A DNA stretch of 64,000 nt, taken from contig OX597819.1 in NCBI GenBank assembly GCA_951406725.2, positions 112,778,001 through 112,842,000 on the forward strand. Direction: 5' to 3'. Made by a program: the position numbers and the translations under genes. Of this stretch, positions 13,794 to 27,110 are shown piece after piece (position 1 is the stretch's first letter; each line of letters starts with the position of its first letter). Source of the stretch: Octopus vulgaris (taxonomy: Eukaryota). The notes beneath the pieces were generated by a model. It was not told the DNA's origin. It ran no database searches and saw nothing but the letters and a program-made list of their open reading frames with translations.

Positions 13794-14212
13794 TACATAT
13801 GTATTGATGTATGAATGGATAGAGGGATGGATGTGTGTGGATGTGTGTTTGTCCTTGTGTCTGTCCCCCACCACTGCTTGACAGCCGGTGTTGGTGTGTT
13901 TAAGTCCCCGTAATATAGCGGTCCGGCAAAAGGAACCGATACAATAAGTACCAGACTTTGAAAAAAAAAAAAGTTCTGAGGTCGATTCATTCGACTAAAA
14001 AAAAATTCAAGGTTGTGCCCAGCATGGCCGCAGTGAACTGACTGAAACAAGGAAATGGTAATTCAAAATGATATTTAATTGTAAAAATATAATGATTCCT
14101 TTTTTTTAAAAAAAAAAAAACATCGAATGGCTTTCAGGGTCCAGCAGAACAAAATAGGGACCAAAGGGACCAAATAGGAACCAAAGTAAAAAATGCTAGA
14201 GAACCAGTGTAC
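13402..14212. mobile_element. Old hAT/Charlie-like MITE interrupted by a SINE
   Basis: Degenerate ends tagtcgttgtcaacc / gctagagaaccagtg resembling CAGTGGTTCTCAACC, with internal ggggtcc motifs. Confidence 0.4.
13538..14050 (+). mobile_element. tRNA-derived SINE family A with internal microsatellite
   Basis: Head ggc.cagg.gt..ctgtgtggtaagaagcttgc...gttcagtcccactgcg; tail ccagcatggccgcagt..ctgaaacaag; many copies in the window. Confidence 0.85.
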
Positions 14213-14307
14213 TAGACGAACCTACACCACACCAAGAAATGCAAAGAAGCGCAGCTCTGTCCATCTCGCTACTTCGCCAGGGTCGATTGCGGAGACAGGA
14301 CTGGGAA

Positions 14308-14475
14308 CACTAGCATAGCTAGAGTGTGTGCCGTCCGAGGGGGCCTTGCAATGTAACTCCCCCGAATCCCCACGAAAAATACATATTGCTTACAGCAGAC
14401 TCAAGAGTGGTATCGCCCCCATAAAAGTGCCGCCCGGGGCGGACCGTCTCCCGCCCCACTCTAGCTACGCTAGTG
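14308..14475. mobile_element. hAT-like MITE
   Basis: TIR CACTAGCATAGCTAGAG / CTCTAGCTACGCTAGTG; 8-bp TSD actgggaa/accgggaa (1 mismatch). Confidence 0.75.
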
Positions 14476-14664
14476 ACCGGGAAATGAGTCTAAAATAAAC
14501 ATGCATTAATGTTAATAGCAGTGCTCCAGCATGGCCACAGCCTGTTGCTGAAACTTATAATAGAAAACTAGAGTAATAGAACTAGTTTCCTTCAGGTTTG
14601 GTGGTGACAGGATGTGAGTCGGTGATTAACTGCGTAGACGGAGGTTTCCTTCACATTTCATGGT

Positions 14665-15552
14665 GCTTTTGAAATATTTCCAGGAACAGGAAATATCAAC
14701 CAAGTACCTGATGCACAAAAGGGACAGAGATGCTGTAAAATGTGACAACCGATGCAGACTTTGTGGAGTTAACACCGAAGATATCACCCACATCATAAGG
14801 AGTTGTACCAAAATATCATCACGGTATTATCTACCGATGAGACATGATGTAGCTAGGACACTCTGTAATGAAATCTGTCGGAACGATAACCCAGAGGACA
14901 AAGAAACAAGAACCCACAGTATGGTAGAAGCCATAGCTACTCACAATAAAAAGGAGTACTGGTGGAATGTCCTAATGAAGACCTCAATAAAATGTAAGCA
15001 CAGCAGACCTGATATAATAATTTGGGATAGAGAAGAGAAACAGTGCACAGTTGTGAAAATTAGCTGCCCAGCGGATGTTAACATAAAGTTGAAGATCAGT
15101 GAAAAAGAGAATACTTATGCTGAACTATTGAGAAATCTGCATTTACTCTATCCAGATTACGAGTTCAGGTTTATACCTGCAATTATTGGGGCTCTGGAAT
15201 ATGTAACACACTGAGTAAGTACCAATTTTGAGAAATTAGGCTTCTCAAAGCCAGAAAGGAGAAAGCTAATTCGAAGACTACAGATCTAATCCATTACTGG
15301 AACTGTAAAAATCTGTAAAACTTTCCAGAAGTTTATCATTTAAATATATATATGAGCATGTCTAAATATGCAACTATATGCATGAGAATACATGCATAAA
15401 ACATACAAATCTGCGCAAATACATACACACAGACATACAAACCAAAAACATCCTGTCGTTGATTTGAAATTCCAGTGAAGGAGTCTTAGATCTAGGTTAG
15501 AAACCAGCTCTTTCTCTATTGGCAAGAAATCTTGAAATAAACTGAACAATGA
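14665..15552 (+). mobile_element. 5'-truncated REL-type (R4/NeSL-like) non-LTR retrotransposon, 3' end abutting (CATA)n
   Basis: CRLCGVNTEDITHIIRSC (CCHC), RHD, RPDIIIWDREEKQCTVVKISCP, EKENTY; premature stop at 15214; 3' UTR to ~15552. Confidence 0.8.
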
Positions 15553-15871
15553 CATACATACATACAACAATACATACATACATACATACATACATACATA
15601 CATACATACATACATACATACATACATACACACACATATGCACATATATACACACTCTCTACGTATAATAATAGAGGGAGAGAAAGCGACAGAGTGGCTA
15701 TATATTGAAATGGATGGCAGTGGCTGGGACGGACAGCTACATTTATTCATTGGACAGGTAGGAGAGAGAAGGGAAAACGCAGAGACAGAGCAGGAAGATG
15801 CATAAAATGAGAGAGAGAAAAATCAGAGGCAAAATCTACAGACAGCACTGATAAACATATTGATAGACACA

Positions 15872-15872
15872 C

Positions 15873-15966
<94 letters not shown>

Positions 15967-15990
15967 ACATACAGTCAGATAGATAGATAA

Positions 15991-16039
<49 letters not shown>

Positions 16040-16050
16040 TTGATAGATAG
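15872..16050. repeat. (GATA)n/(GACA)n microsatellite
   Basis: Directly visible. Confidence 0.95.
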
Positions 16051-16403
16051 ATATCAGATAAATACAAGTACACGACTTAAGAACTCGATCGATTATTGAT
16101 TTCTATAGTTAATTTGTTAGTCCGTCCTGCACATCGAACAGCAATTGTTCTGTTCTCCCAATATTTTGCGTGATCTATGTTTTCACAGTGTTTGTCGATA
16201 GCCTTCAATTGTAGTTCATAAGTACATAGGCTGTCAAAGCCTTGGGAAAATAAAAAAGTAAAGATGCTCTGGAAAAGGTCTGAATTCAGCAACCATACTT
16301 CACAGCGACAGACTGCTGTGAAAAGCCTTCACATGTTCGAATATCTCTCAAACATATTTGTACTGTTCTTGTGTTTGAATGCTTTCTGTCTTTGCTTTGC
16401 TCG

Positions 16404-16458
<55 letters not shown>

Positions 16459-16659
16459 ATCTAATCGTGCCGAGGACCTACAATCTTTTAAGGGATGTTT
16501 GCATCCTAGTTCTCCGGTTTGTACTAGTGTTCAATGAAAACCATATACTTTAGTTTTACATTGATATTGGTATTTAAAATATTTATGAATGAGAAAGAAG
16601 AAGAATATCTTTGAATAACACTGATGTCTAAACATCAATTCCTCCATTTTCTTCCTTTT

Positions 16660-16698
<39 letters not shown>

Positions 16699-16855
16699 TA
16701 TAAAAATGTACATTGTCCATTTAATTAAAAAAATTCTATATGTGGCTGAAGATTGCTTTACATTTTAAAACTGATGTTTAATAAAATTGTTTAATAAAAT
16801 GAAGTACCATGAAACGATTGTACTACACTACCTTGGATATCCTTGTTGCTTATTT

Positions 16856-16920
<65 letters not shown>

Positions 16921-16940
16921 TGTATGTATGTATGCATATG

Positions 16941-16974
<34 letters not shown>

Positions 16975-16997
16975 TGTATGTATGTATGTATGTATGC

Positions 16998-17028
<31 letters not shown>

Positions 17029-17134
17029 TGTATGTATGTATGTATGTATATGTATATATAGGGGCAGCTTCAAGGCTAGTTTCTGCAAATGTGCTAAGCA
17101 CTGATGCTGATCATAGTTTAATCAATAAATGTAA

Positions 17135-17480
17135 GAGCGAGGTAAAGGCAGTCAAAATAAAGGGTCAGTGGGGCTCCGTTTAAGCGACCCTTTAGAATTT
17201 GAACATTCTTACGATAATTCCTGGGTGTTCATTGTCATTGCTCGGATTTAGTCGCCAATGCCATGTATTTAGTTTAAAATGCAGTAAAAATAGGGGTAGG
17301 GTGTTAATGGACCTCCAATTATGCGGCCCTTTAAAAAAATAGACCCCCTTAGGATATTCCCTGGGATTAAGGGAATTGCTGGTTTGAGTTTCGTTGTTCT
17401 TGCACCAACGGTTTAGTGGGAGTTACCGAACATAAAAACGTAACGGACAGAAAAGCATCACTCAAATTTATTATAGGGTA
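17135..17480 (-). mobile_element. Possible Helitron-like 5' fragment
   Basis: Plus strand ends caacggtttag...acggacagaa...ttttattatagg, resembling a reversed Helitron 5' terminus; no ORF. Confidence 0.3.
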
Positions 17481-17499
17481 TATGTTATATTGATGTTTG

Positions 17500-18010
17500 T
17501 TTTTATCTTATAATAAAAAACAATTTTATATTAAATTGAAGGATTACTCAATATATTACTCAATATATTCATTATTCTTTAACAGAAATAGTATTGATAG
17601 TGACTACGAAGTTTCGGGAAGTTTAGCCATCATCGGACTGTAAATTAGCTAAATTCGTCTTGATCTTGTGTAGTCTCTGTCAAGTTAAAATTTTCGAGAG
17701 TCACCTGAGTTCTGTTGAATTATGTTATAGGTTAAGGTGATTTTTTATTGACTGAAGTTGGGGGAGTGCTTATGGTTAGAATTTATGCTTGTATAGTTTT
17801 GTAATTGGGTGTGGATGTTTAGATGTGTCATTGTCAGGTGAAAGGGTTTGACAAAAGGAGGTTGTTATTCAGTAGATTTGACACATCGTTTGGTTGTGGC
17901 TGGTTTCATTTTCATATTAATGGAGTGTTTACCTTTTATTTTGAGAATGTGAAGGTTAAATCCAAGAGTTCAGTTTAGCATTATAACCTTAGTTGTTAGG
18001 TGTTTCTTCG
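17500..18010 (-). mobile_element. Penelope-like terminal fragment with degenerate hammerhead-like core
   Basis: Minus strand CCGATGA tggctaaacttccc GAAA cttcg TA (~17603-17637) after an A/C-rich stretch, next to microsatellites. Confidence 0.35.
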
Positions 18011-18021
18011 CGTGCGCATAC

Positions 18022-18085
<64 letters not shown>

Positions 18086-18264
18086 GCATATATATATATA
18101 ATCGAAATAAGCAACAAGGATATCCAGAGGTAATAACTCCGGATATCCTTATTGTTTATTTTGATTATAATCACCCCATTTTGAATTATATGGATAATAC
18201 CATAATAAATTCGGGTGCCTTTAACTTAAGTACCATATTCATCTGAATCTAAATTTTACTGAAC

Positions 18265-18297
<33 letters not shown>

Positions 18298-18353
18298 CAC
18301 ACACACACAGGCATATAGGGGTATAGGATGTCACCAGCGGTGCAGATAGCATG

Positions 18354-18658
18354 AAATACGTAAACAACGCGAAAAAATGGATAACAAGATAAGTAAATAC
18401 AGAGAAAAGACCCTTCATCAGTTGTCGGCTGTCTATCTACTCCTCATTTTGAGCATTCAACGACAATATGAGTCTTCAAAGACACTTGCTCCCATAAATT
18501 TAGGATTTAGAAAATATGGGAGCAACTGTCTTTGAAGACTCATATTGTCGTTGAATGCTAGAAATGATGAGTATATAGACAACTGAAAACCGATAAAGGG
18601 TCCTTTCTCTGTTTACTTGTCGTATTTTCCATTTTATTTTCTCGTTGTTTACGTATTT
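18354..18658. repeat. ~300-bp imperfect palindrome (probably inverted Penelope-like terminal fragments)
   Basis: aaatacgtaaacaacg...ttgctcccata-loop-tatgggagcaa...cgttgtttacgtattt. Confidence 0.75.
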
Positions 18659-18664
18659 AACTCG

Positions 18665-19189
18665 GGCGCAGGAGTGGCTGTGTGGTAAGAAGCTTGCTTC
18701 CTAACCACATGGTTCCAAGTTCAGTCCCACTGTATAGCACCTTGGACAAGTGCCTTCTACTATAGCTGCGGGCCGACCAAAGCCTTGTGAGTGGATTTGG
18801 TAGACGGAAACTGAAAGAAGCCCGTCGTATATATATATATATGTGTGTGTATGTATGTATGTATGTATGTATGTATGTATGTATGTATGTATGTATGTAT
18901 GAATGCATGTATGTATGTATGAATGTATGTATGTATGTATGTATGTATGTATGTATGTATGTATGTATGTATGTATGTGTGAGTGTGTTTGTTCTTTGTG
19001 CCTGTGTTTGTCTCCCCACAATCGCTTGACAACCGATGTTGGTGTGTTTACGTTCCCATCACTTAACTGTTCGGCAAAAGATCCCGATAGAATAAGTACT
19101 AGAGTAAGACCTGGGGTCGATTTGTTCGATTAAAGTTGGTGCTCCAACATGGCTGGCGTCAAGTGACTGAAACAAGTAAAAGAATAAAA

Positions 19190-19192
<3 letters not shown>
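18665..19192 (+). mobile_element. SINE family A
   Basis: Full head and tail with internal (TATG)n. Confidence 0.9.
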
Positions 19193-19237
<45 letters not shown>

Positions 19238-19239
<2 letters not shown>

Positions 19240-19447
19240 TTTTATCGTTCACTTGTTTCAGTCATTAGACTGCGGCCTGGGGCACCATCACCTTGAATAA
19301 TTTTTAGTCGAATGAATCGACCCCGGTACTTATTTTTTGATAAGCCTGGTATTTCTTCTATTGGTCACATTTACCGAATCGCTAAGTTCCGGGGACGTAA
19401 ATACACCAATACCGGTTGTCACAAGCGGTGGAGGAGGGAGAGACATG

Positions 19448-19488
<41 letters not shown>

Positions 19489-19702
19489 GCACAAACACAC
19501 ACACACACACGCACACACGCACGCACGCACATACACACACACACACACACATACGGCGCCTTTCTTTCAGTTTCCGTCTACCAAATCCACTCATAAGGCT
19601 TTGGTCGATCCGAGGCTATAGTAGAAGACACTTGCCCAAGGTGCCACGCAGTGGGACTGAAACCGGAACCATGTGGTTGGAAAGCAAGCTTCTTACCACA
19701 CA
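19238..19702 (-). mobile_element. SINE family A
   Basis: Reverse-complement copy with internal (CA)n. Confidence 0.9.
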
Positions 19703-19785
19703 GCAGGTGTCTTCTACTATAGCCTCTGGCCGACCGAAGCCACGTGACTGTATTTACAAGACTGAAAGCTGAAACAAGCCCGTCG

Positions 19786-19819
<34 letters not shown>

Positions 19820-19825
19820 TAGTGA

Positions 19826-20157
19826 AGGCGCATGGCTCAATGGTTAGAGCGTCGAGCTTACGATCGTGAGGTTGTGAGCTCGAATCCCAGACCGGGTTGC
19901 GTGTTGTGTTCTTGGGCAAGACACTTTATTTCACGTTGCTCCAATTCACTCAGCTGTAGAAATGAGTTGCGACGTCACAGGTGCCAAGCTGTATCGGCCG
20001 TTGCCTTTCCCTTGGATAACACTGGTGGCGTGGAGAGGGGAGGCTGGTATGCATGGGCGACTGCTGGTCTTCCATAAATAGCCTTGCCCAGACTTGTGAC
20101 TAGGAGGGTAAATTTCTAGGTGCAATCCCATGGTCAGTGTCGTGACCGAAGGGGGTC
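19826..20157 (+). mobile_element. tRNA-derived SINE family C (Meta-domain-like)
   Basis: A box tggctcaatggttagagc, B-box-like gagctcgaatccc, central gtgttgtgttcttgggcaagacacttt; reverse copy at 41716-42031. Confidence 0.85.
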
Positions 20158-20266
20158 AACAATATGTATAGCTAAGAAAAAACGGAGAAAAAAAGACAAG
20201 CAAAAGCAACAACGCGAGGACGTGGTACATGCACTTATAAGATGCTTAGAAAAGGAAAGAAAAGGT

Positions 20267-20301
20267 GTTTTACGTTTCGAGCAAAACTCATTATCAGAAA
20301 C
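20267..20301 (-). ncRNA. Degenerate minimal hammerhead motif (Penelope-like fragment 20165-20340)
   Basis: gttt-CTGATAA-T-GAG ttttg CTC-GAAA-CG-TA-aaac. Confidence 0.4.
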
Positions 20302-20347
20302 AGGAGACAGAGGAAAGTCCTAGAGAAAAGGAAGACGGACACACACC

Positions 20348-20401
<54 letters not shown>

Positions 20402-20835
20402 CGCGCGCGCGCACCTCAACACCACGGTATATAAACAATCTAAATCACTTCTCCCGCAAAAATATGCCCCTAAAATCATAGACTGGTCCCTTCTTCCATA
20501 AAACTGAAAGATTGGCATTTACGTCAAACCCCGCGATATACGAAGTTCCATTAAATCGTTTTTCTCAGCACACATAATTACAAGCTTCCTCAATGCAAAA
20601 CGGAGTATCTATGAGCTTGTTCGACTTGGTAAACATACTAACCTAAGGTCCCTCAAACCATACCCTACTGTCTTTAAAAAAATATGGGTAATGATATGAC
20701 GTAAGTTAAGAGTACGCTAAACTTGAAGAACAGAAATTACAAAGTTAAAAAGTCTTTGACCATAGGAACGGTTCTATTAGGGTTGAGTGTAAGGTAAATA
20801 AGCAACTATAACTTCTGTTTTCCTTACTCGCTTTT

Positions 20836-21213
20836 TTTACTTTACTTGTTTCAGTCATTTGACTGCGGCCATGCTGGAGCACCGCATTTAGTCGAGCAAA
20901 TCGACCCCGGGACTTATTCTTTTGTAAGCCCAGTACTTATTCTATCGGTCTCTTTTGCCGAACCGCTAAGTAACGGGGACATAAACACACCAGCATCGGT
21001 TGTCAAGCAATGCCAGGGGGACAAACACACACACATATATATACATATATACGCCAGGCTTCTTTCAGTTTCCGTCTACCAAATCCATTCACAAGGCATT
21101 GGTCGGCCCGGGGCTATAGCAGAAGACACTTGCCCAAGATGCCACGCAGTGGGACTGAACCCGGAACCATGTGGTTGGTAAACAAGCTACTTACCACACA
21201 GCCACTCCTGCGC
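20836..21213 (-). mobile_element. SINE family A
   Basis: Near-consensus reverse copy with CpGs intact. Confidence 0.9.
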
Positions 21214-21407
21214 CTTGGACCGCATTCTTTTATAAATACACACATAAACAGGTAGATACATACATACATTTACATGTCAACATAAAGCCCAGAAATTTTC
21301 GGGCTTTGTGCCTAGAGTAGAAAAGAACATTGACAGATAAGAGACAAATCTAAATACGATGAGAAAAATTTGATAATATAATACATACATGAGTGTATGT
21401 ATGTATG

Positions 21408-21486
<79 letters not shown>

Positions 21487-21582
21487 TAATCCAAACATGA
21501 AAGCACAAAAAAACACGACAACGCGAGGACGTGGAACAAATATAGCATTATTGGACGCTCAGGAAAGAAGGAAAGAAAGAGG

Positions 21583-21617
21583 ATTTAACGTTTCGAGCGG
21601 AGCTCTTCGTCGGAAAC
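21583..21617 (-). ncRNA. Degenerate minimal hammerhead motif (Penelope-like fragment 21483-21670)
   Basis: gttt-CCGACGA-A-GAGC tcc GCTC-GAAA-CG-TT-aaat; fragment flanked by (TA)n on both sides. Confidence 0.45.
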
Positions 21618-21652
21618 ATAGAAGGAAAGATCCAGAGAAGGGAAGACAGAGG

Positions 21653-21715
<63 letters not shown>

Positions 21716-21717
<2 letters not shown>

Positions 21718-22109
21718 ATTCTTTTACTTGTTTCAGATATTTGACTGCGGCCATGCTGGAGCACCGCATTTAGTCAACCAAATCGACCCCGGGACTTATT
21801 CTTTGTAAGCCTAGAATTTATTTTATGGAGAAATTCTGCCGAACCGCTATTGTTACGGGAACGTAAGCACACCAACATCGGCTGTCAAGCGATGGTGGGG
21901 GACAAACACACTCACACATACACACATATATGTGTCTATATATTTACGACGGGCTTCTTTCAGTCTCTGTCTACCAAATCCACTCACAATGTTTTAGATG
22001 GCACGAGGCTATGGTAGAAGACACTTGCCCAAGTTGCCACGCAGTGGGACTGAACGCGGAACCATGCGATTGGGAAACAAGCTTCTTACCATATAGCCAC
22101 TCCTGCGCC
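21716..22109 (-). mobile_element. SINE family A
   Basis: Reverse copy. Confidence 0.9.
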
Positions 22110-22164
<55 letters not shown>

Positions 22165-22315
22165 TATATATATATATACATATATATAAATATATATATA
22201 AATACAAAATGGGACAAGAACGCAAAACATTCAAATAGACGACACAAAAACCGGACGGGTCATTCGAAGCCTCTAATCTTCAGTCAAGAACCGGATCATC
22301 CTCGCAATTTCGGGT

Positions 22316-22666
22316 GGTGGAAATAGCGCAGAAGTGTAAGACATTTCAACGTAAGAGCGAATTTAATAAAAATGATTTTTAAAATTATATAAAGAAAATA
22401 TTACCAGTTTCGGTGAATCTCTTCTTATCAAATATCAGTAAAAAATTTATAAAAATTTGAAGTAAAAGCAATTTATCTTCTGGCTGGGGGTCGACAGAAG
22501 ATAAACTGTTTTTACTTCAAATTTTTATAAATTTTTACTGATATTTGATAAGATGAGATACATCGAAACCGGTAATATTTTCTTTATATAGTTTATTTTT
22601 AATCATTTTTATTAAATTCCGTCTTATATTGAAATGTTTTGGACATACTTCTGAGCTATTTCCACC
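22316..22666. repeat. ~350-bp AT-rich palindrome with a ~12-nt loop
   Basis: ggtggaaatagc.cagaagt...tttatcttctg-gctgggggtcga-cagaagataaa...acttctgagctatttccacc. Confidence 0.85.
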
Positions 22667-23064
22667 CCCATGTTTTATATATAAAAAATTAATTTGTATA
22701 GATCTTTAATCTTTCTTCAACTATATAAATATATATAGTAGCGTAAAAGTTGTTAAGTTTATTGTACAGTTTACAAAGTGCAAACATCTGGTAGAGAAGT
22801 CACTACTTTGAATAGAGACCATATATATATATATATATTGTATAAAAAGTCGTAAGGTTAATGCTTCGGTATTAGTATATGAGGTTAGTCATGATTGTGT
22901 GTATGTGAGTGTGTGTGTGTTGGACTGTTTACCTCTGTCGAGCAGATGAAAGACGGTGTCACGCATTCATTCATGGTGTCATAGACTTTTACCGAAAGAT
23001 TGCCTAAGCTAACCTGAAGCAAAACTCAGTCAGCTTGACATAGCAAATATATACATATATATAA

Positions 23065-23160
23065 CAATACAAAATGGGACAAGAACGCAAAACATCCAGA
23101 TAGACGATACAAAAAACACGGACGGGTCATTCGAAGCCCTTTTAAGATTAAAGGCTTTTG

Positions 23161-23227
<67 letters not shown>

Positions 23228-23540
23228 GCGTACGTACACTTTGTTCTGTTATATATATATACAAAATGGGACAGAAACGCAAAACATCCAGACAGTTAGG
23301 TGAAGCAAAAAAAGGACAACAAAATATCCAGACAGACGATACAAGGAAAACAAGTACGGATCATTCGGAATTTTCTATCCTCAGTCGAGTTCCAGATTAT
23401 CTTTGCAATTTCGGCTGGTTATACTCGAGATTGCTCCAATCTGGCCAGCCCCCAAGGAAAAAAATAAGTTAAGAGCATTAGATTCTTTGGAAGAAAGCAG
23501 CGAATGTATTACGAAAACAAGAAGGGAATAAAACAGATAT
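23065..23540 (-). mobile_element. Penelope-like terminal fragments (same family as 22200-22310) among (TA)n
   Basis: Repeated atacaaaatgggaca.gaacgcaaaacatccaga.ag start at ~22202, ~23067 and ~23259. Confidence 0.45.
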
Positions 23541-23543
23541 GTT

Positions 23544-23658
<115 letters not shown>

Positions 23659-24133
23659 TAAATAATGAGGGTGATTCTTTTCTTTGTGGTTAGATCGTAG
23701 GTGATCTACTTCTAGCATATTGGATGTCCACTTAGTGGTCATCCCTTCTTATACATGTATATATATATATATTAACATGTATATATATATATATATATGT
23801 ATTTATAACATGTATATATATATATATATATTAACATGCACACACACACACATACACACACATAAATATATAATCGCTGTTTAATGTTCGATTGAAAATA
23901 CATGGCGAGAAACTCTGAGCAGCAACAGAGTAGATTATAATCAGCTGATTCTTAATATCTATGAATTCTGCATCATTTATTTATCACCCATTCATTTGAT
24001 AGTAAAACGTGTCTGTGCGCGCGCGACGTGCTCGCTTATGTGCGTGTGCGCGCGAACATTCGTAAGCAGAGTTAAAAACACTGATAGCGCGATGACAACA
24101 GAAAAAGAAAAAAAAAAAACATGTCTAACTCAC

Positions 24134-24286
24134 CTTGATTTCCTTTCAACTCTGACGGTAAGAATCCAACTGGGTGTAGCCTGGATATTTTGTAACGTAC
24201 CCAAAAGCCGGCTACCCGTCCACCCGAACACGAAAAGTTATATAACTTTTCCTCAAATAAACATCGTCATTAGAAGGGACACTGGC

Positions 24287-24290
<4 letters not shown>
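24134..24290 (-). other. Putative non-coding (5' UTR) exon
   Basis: Strong minus-strand donor CAAG|GTGAGT at 24134/24133 in unique CpG-rich sequence, next to a (GA)n tract. Confidence 0.25.
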
Positions 24291-24372
<82 letters not shown>

Positions 24373-25052
24373 GTCTTTCTTCTCTCTCTATCTCCTTGTC
24401 TATCTGTCTTTCCTTCGTAGTTACGAGCGGTTCCGGTAATTGAGGGAAACCTCTTACGTGATTCGTTTAAACAAATTTTTTAAGAGATTCTCTGTCATTC
24501 GCGTGTCAAGAACTTTTACAACGAAGTTCTCGTGGTCTGACGCTGGCGGTAATACTAATAAAGTACGTATGATCTACGATTAAAGACCGCCCACTCGTGA
24601 CCATCCCAACTTTTAATCAGGCTTTATATACCTAAGACGACTATATTTATCCAACGAATTCCACTGATTTTATTTGCTTTTCAAGACATACATAAGGGTG
24701 TGGTTTCAAAGAGAATGTGGCTGCTATTTCTAGCAAGTATTGAAGCCATGGACAGTCACCCAGCGACAACGACGACGACTACAATATAAAGTGTTTTCAA
24801 TGAGTAATTTTTTTGTCTTTTGGGCATGTTGCTTGTTCGTCCCGTTGCTAAATTAAGTGCGTGTGTGTAAAGACGACGAACAGAAAAGAAGACTAAACGC
24901 ATACAAACAAACAGGTTAGACAAGCTCAGTCGTTGTTTGACACCGATAACAAGGTTGACGACGGCGTCCATAGTGAAGTGGGGTGGATGCCCATGCATGC
25001 GTCCCAAAACGTCTGTGTGTGTCTCTCTTTCTCTCTCTCTCTTTCTGTCTTC

Positions 25053-25162
<110 letters not shown>

Positions 25163-25306
25163 GTGTAGGAATATATAAAACTTCAAATTTCCGCACTAAG
25201 GCACGGATTTTAGGCCCCATGGTCGTAACCTCAACCGTGATTTTTGCTACCCAGGTGTCGGTTATCATTTGAATAATCCGTAATAAGATAATTCATTTAT
25301 CTACTT

Positions 25307-25356
<50 letters not shown>

Positions 25357-25759
25357 TAAGGGTAGAAATCAATATTTATCAATTAAAACCAGTGGTCTAG
25401 CATATTAAAAAAAAGAATCCGAAGATTAAATATTTATATATACCAATTAAGGACTGAACACGAAAAGTGGACAGTCAACATGCTAGATATAGACTTCAAA
25501 TCGCCATTCTCCACAAATGATCATATATATACATATATATATATATACAGCTTTTTTTAACTTGTGCCCTTCCTCTGTAATATGTGTGTGTGTGTATGTA
25601 TGTATAAATATACATATATATATACGCTCACATATTTATGAATACATTTGCATGTATATTTATGTTTACATACTTCTACAAATATATCATTTACATACGT
25701 AATACATACACACTATCTCTTTTAATCTCTCTATCACTGTCTCCACCTCTCTCTCTCTG

Positions 25760-25816
<57 letters not shown>

Positions 25817-25867
25817 TCCTCGATCTATCTATCTATCTATCTATCTATCTGTATGTCCATCTGTCTG

Positions 25868-25964
<97 letters not shown>

Positions 25965-26334
25965 ATCACACACACAATCACACACGTCTACACACACAAG
26001 CCGCAAATTTCCATAAACTAAACTATACACTTTCTGTTTTTATCAAAAGTCATACTCAAAATAAAATTAGTAGTGCATAGAATCCACGACAGTAGGTTTG
26101 CGAAGTTTTCCCAACCCACTTAAAATATTCAGAAAATAATACTAACATAATGTAATGAAGCTTTATCATTTCTCAGATTATCGTTTTCATTACATTACAC
26201 AAGGCATTACATATTTGATCGGTTTAGTGCAGATTATTTACTGCTGTAGTAGTTGTGTGATAGTGCGTTATACGGTGTCTTTTACGATATATGCATATAT
26301 ATGCATATATGTATGTATATATATATATATATAC

Positions 26335-26561
26335 TCTTTTACTCTTTTACTTGTTTCAAAGCAATGCTAGGGGGAAAAACACAGACACACACATACATAT
26401 ATACGACAGGCTTTCAGTTTCCGTCTACCAAATCCACTCACAAGGCATTGGTCGGCCCGGGGCTATAGCAGAAGACACTTGCTCAAGGTGCCACGCAGTG
26501 GGACTGAACCCGGAACCATGTAGTTGGTTAGCAAGCTACTTACCACACATACCACTCCTGC
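26335..26561 (-). mobile_element. SINE family A, internally deleted
   Basis: Head intact; most of the tail body missing. Confidence 0.8.
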
Positions 26562-26563
26562 TG

Positions 26564-26634
<71 letters not shown>

Positions 26635-26708
26635 GTATATATATGTATATATATACAAACACATGCATTCATAGATAGACAGACAGACAGATCGATAGAT
26701 AGATAGAT

Positions 26709-26761
<53 letters not shown>

Positions 26762-26768
26762 CAGAGAC

Positions 26769-26825
<57 letters not shown>

Positions 26826-26864
26826 TAGATATGGCCCTGTAGATAGGGGTAACATGGATTTTGT

Positions 26865-27110
26865 CTGGTCGGAATGGTATTACCGTTATATTGTCTAGAA
26901 AAACAAGTCTTCCCTTCAGTTCCATTTGCTTCTCCCAGCCTGAGGCTCCCTGCTTTTGCTTTTGTCTAGGGAGCCTAGTCGCCTTCCTTTAGGAATCTGA
27001 TTCCCTTTTGTGGTGGTTGCTTGTATTTGTCAGTTTTCACCCTTTACAAATCAGTAATATCTGCTAGGACCTTGTCATCTTCCCACTTGTATTGGCTTTC
27101 TCCCAGTGCC
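26865..27110 (-). mobile_element. Decayed Hero/NeSL-like REL non-LTR fragment
   Basis: ALGESQYKWEDDKVLADI...RFLKEGD...[25 protein letters not shown], resembling the RY.WRHD.VL...FP...LRPD region. Confidence 0.55.

Noticed and set aside
16809-17183. ORFs of [16 protein letters not shown] type here and throughout the window
   Set aside because: Translations of microsatellites with no coding signal
19826-19900. tRNA gene
   Set aside because: The tRNA-like head continues into a SINE body present in several copies; no proper acceptor stem or terminator
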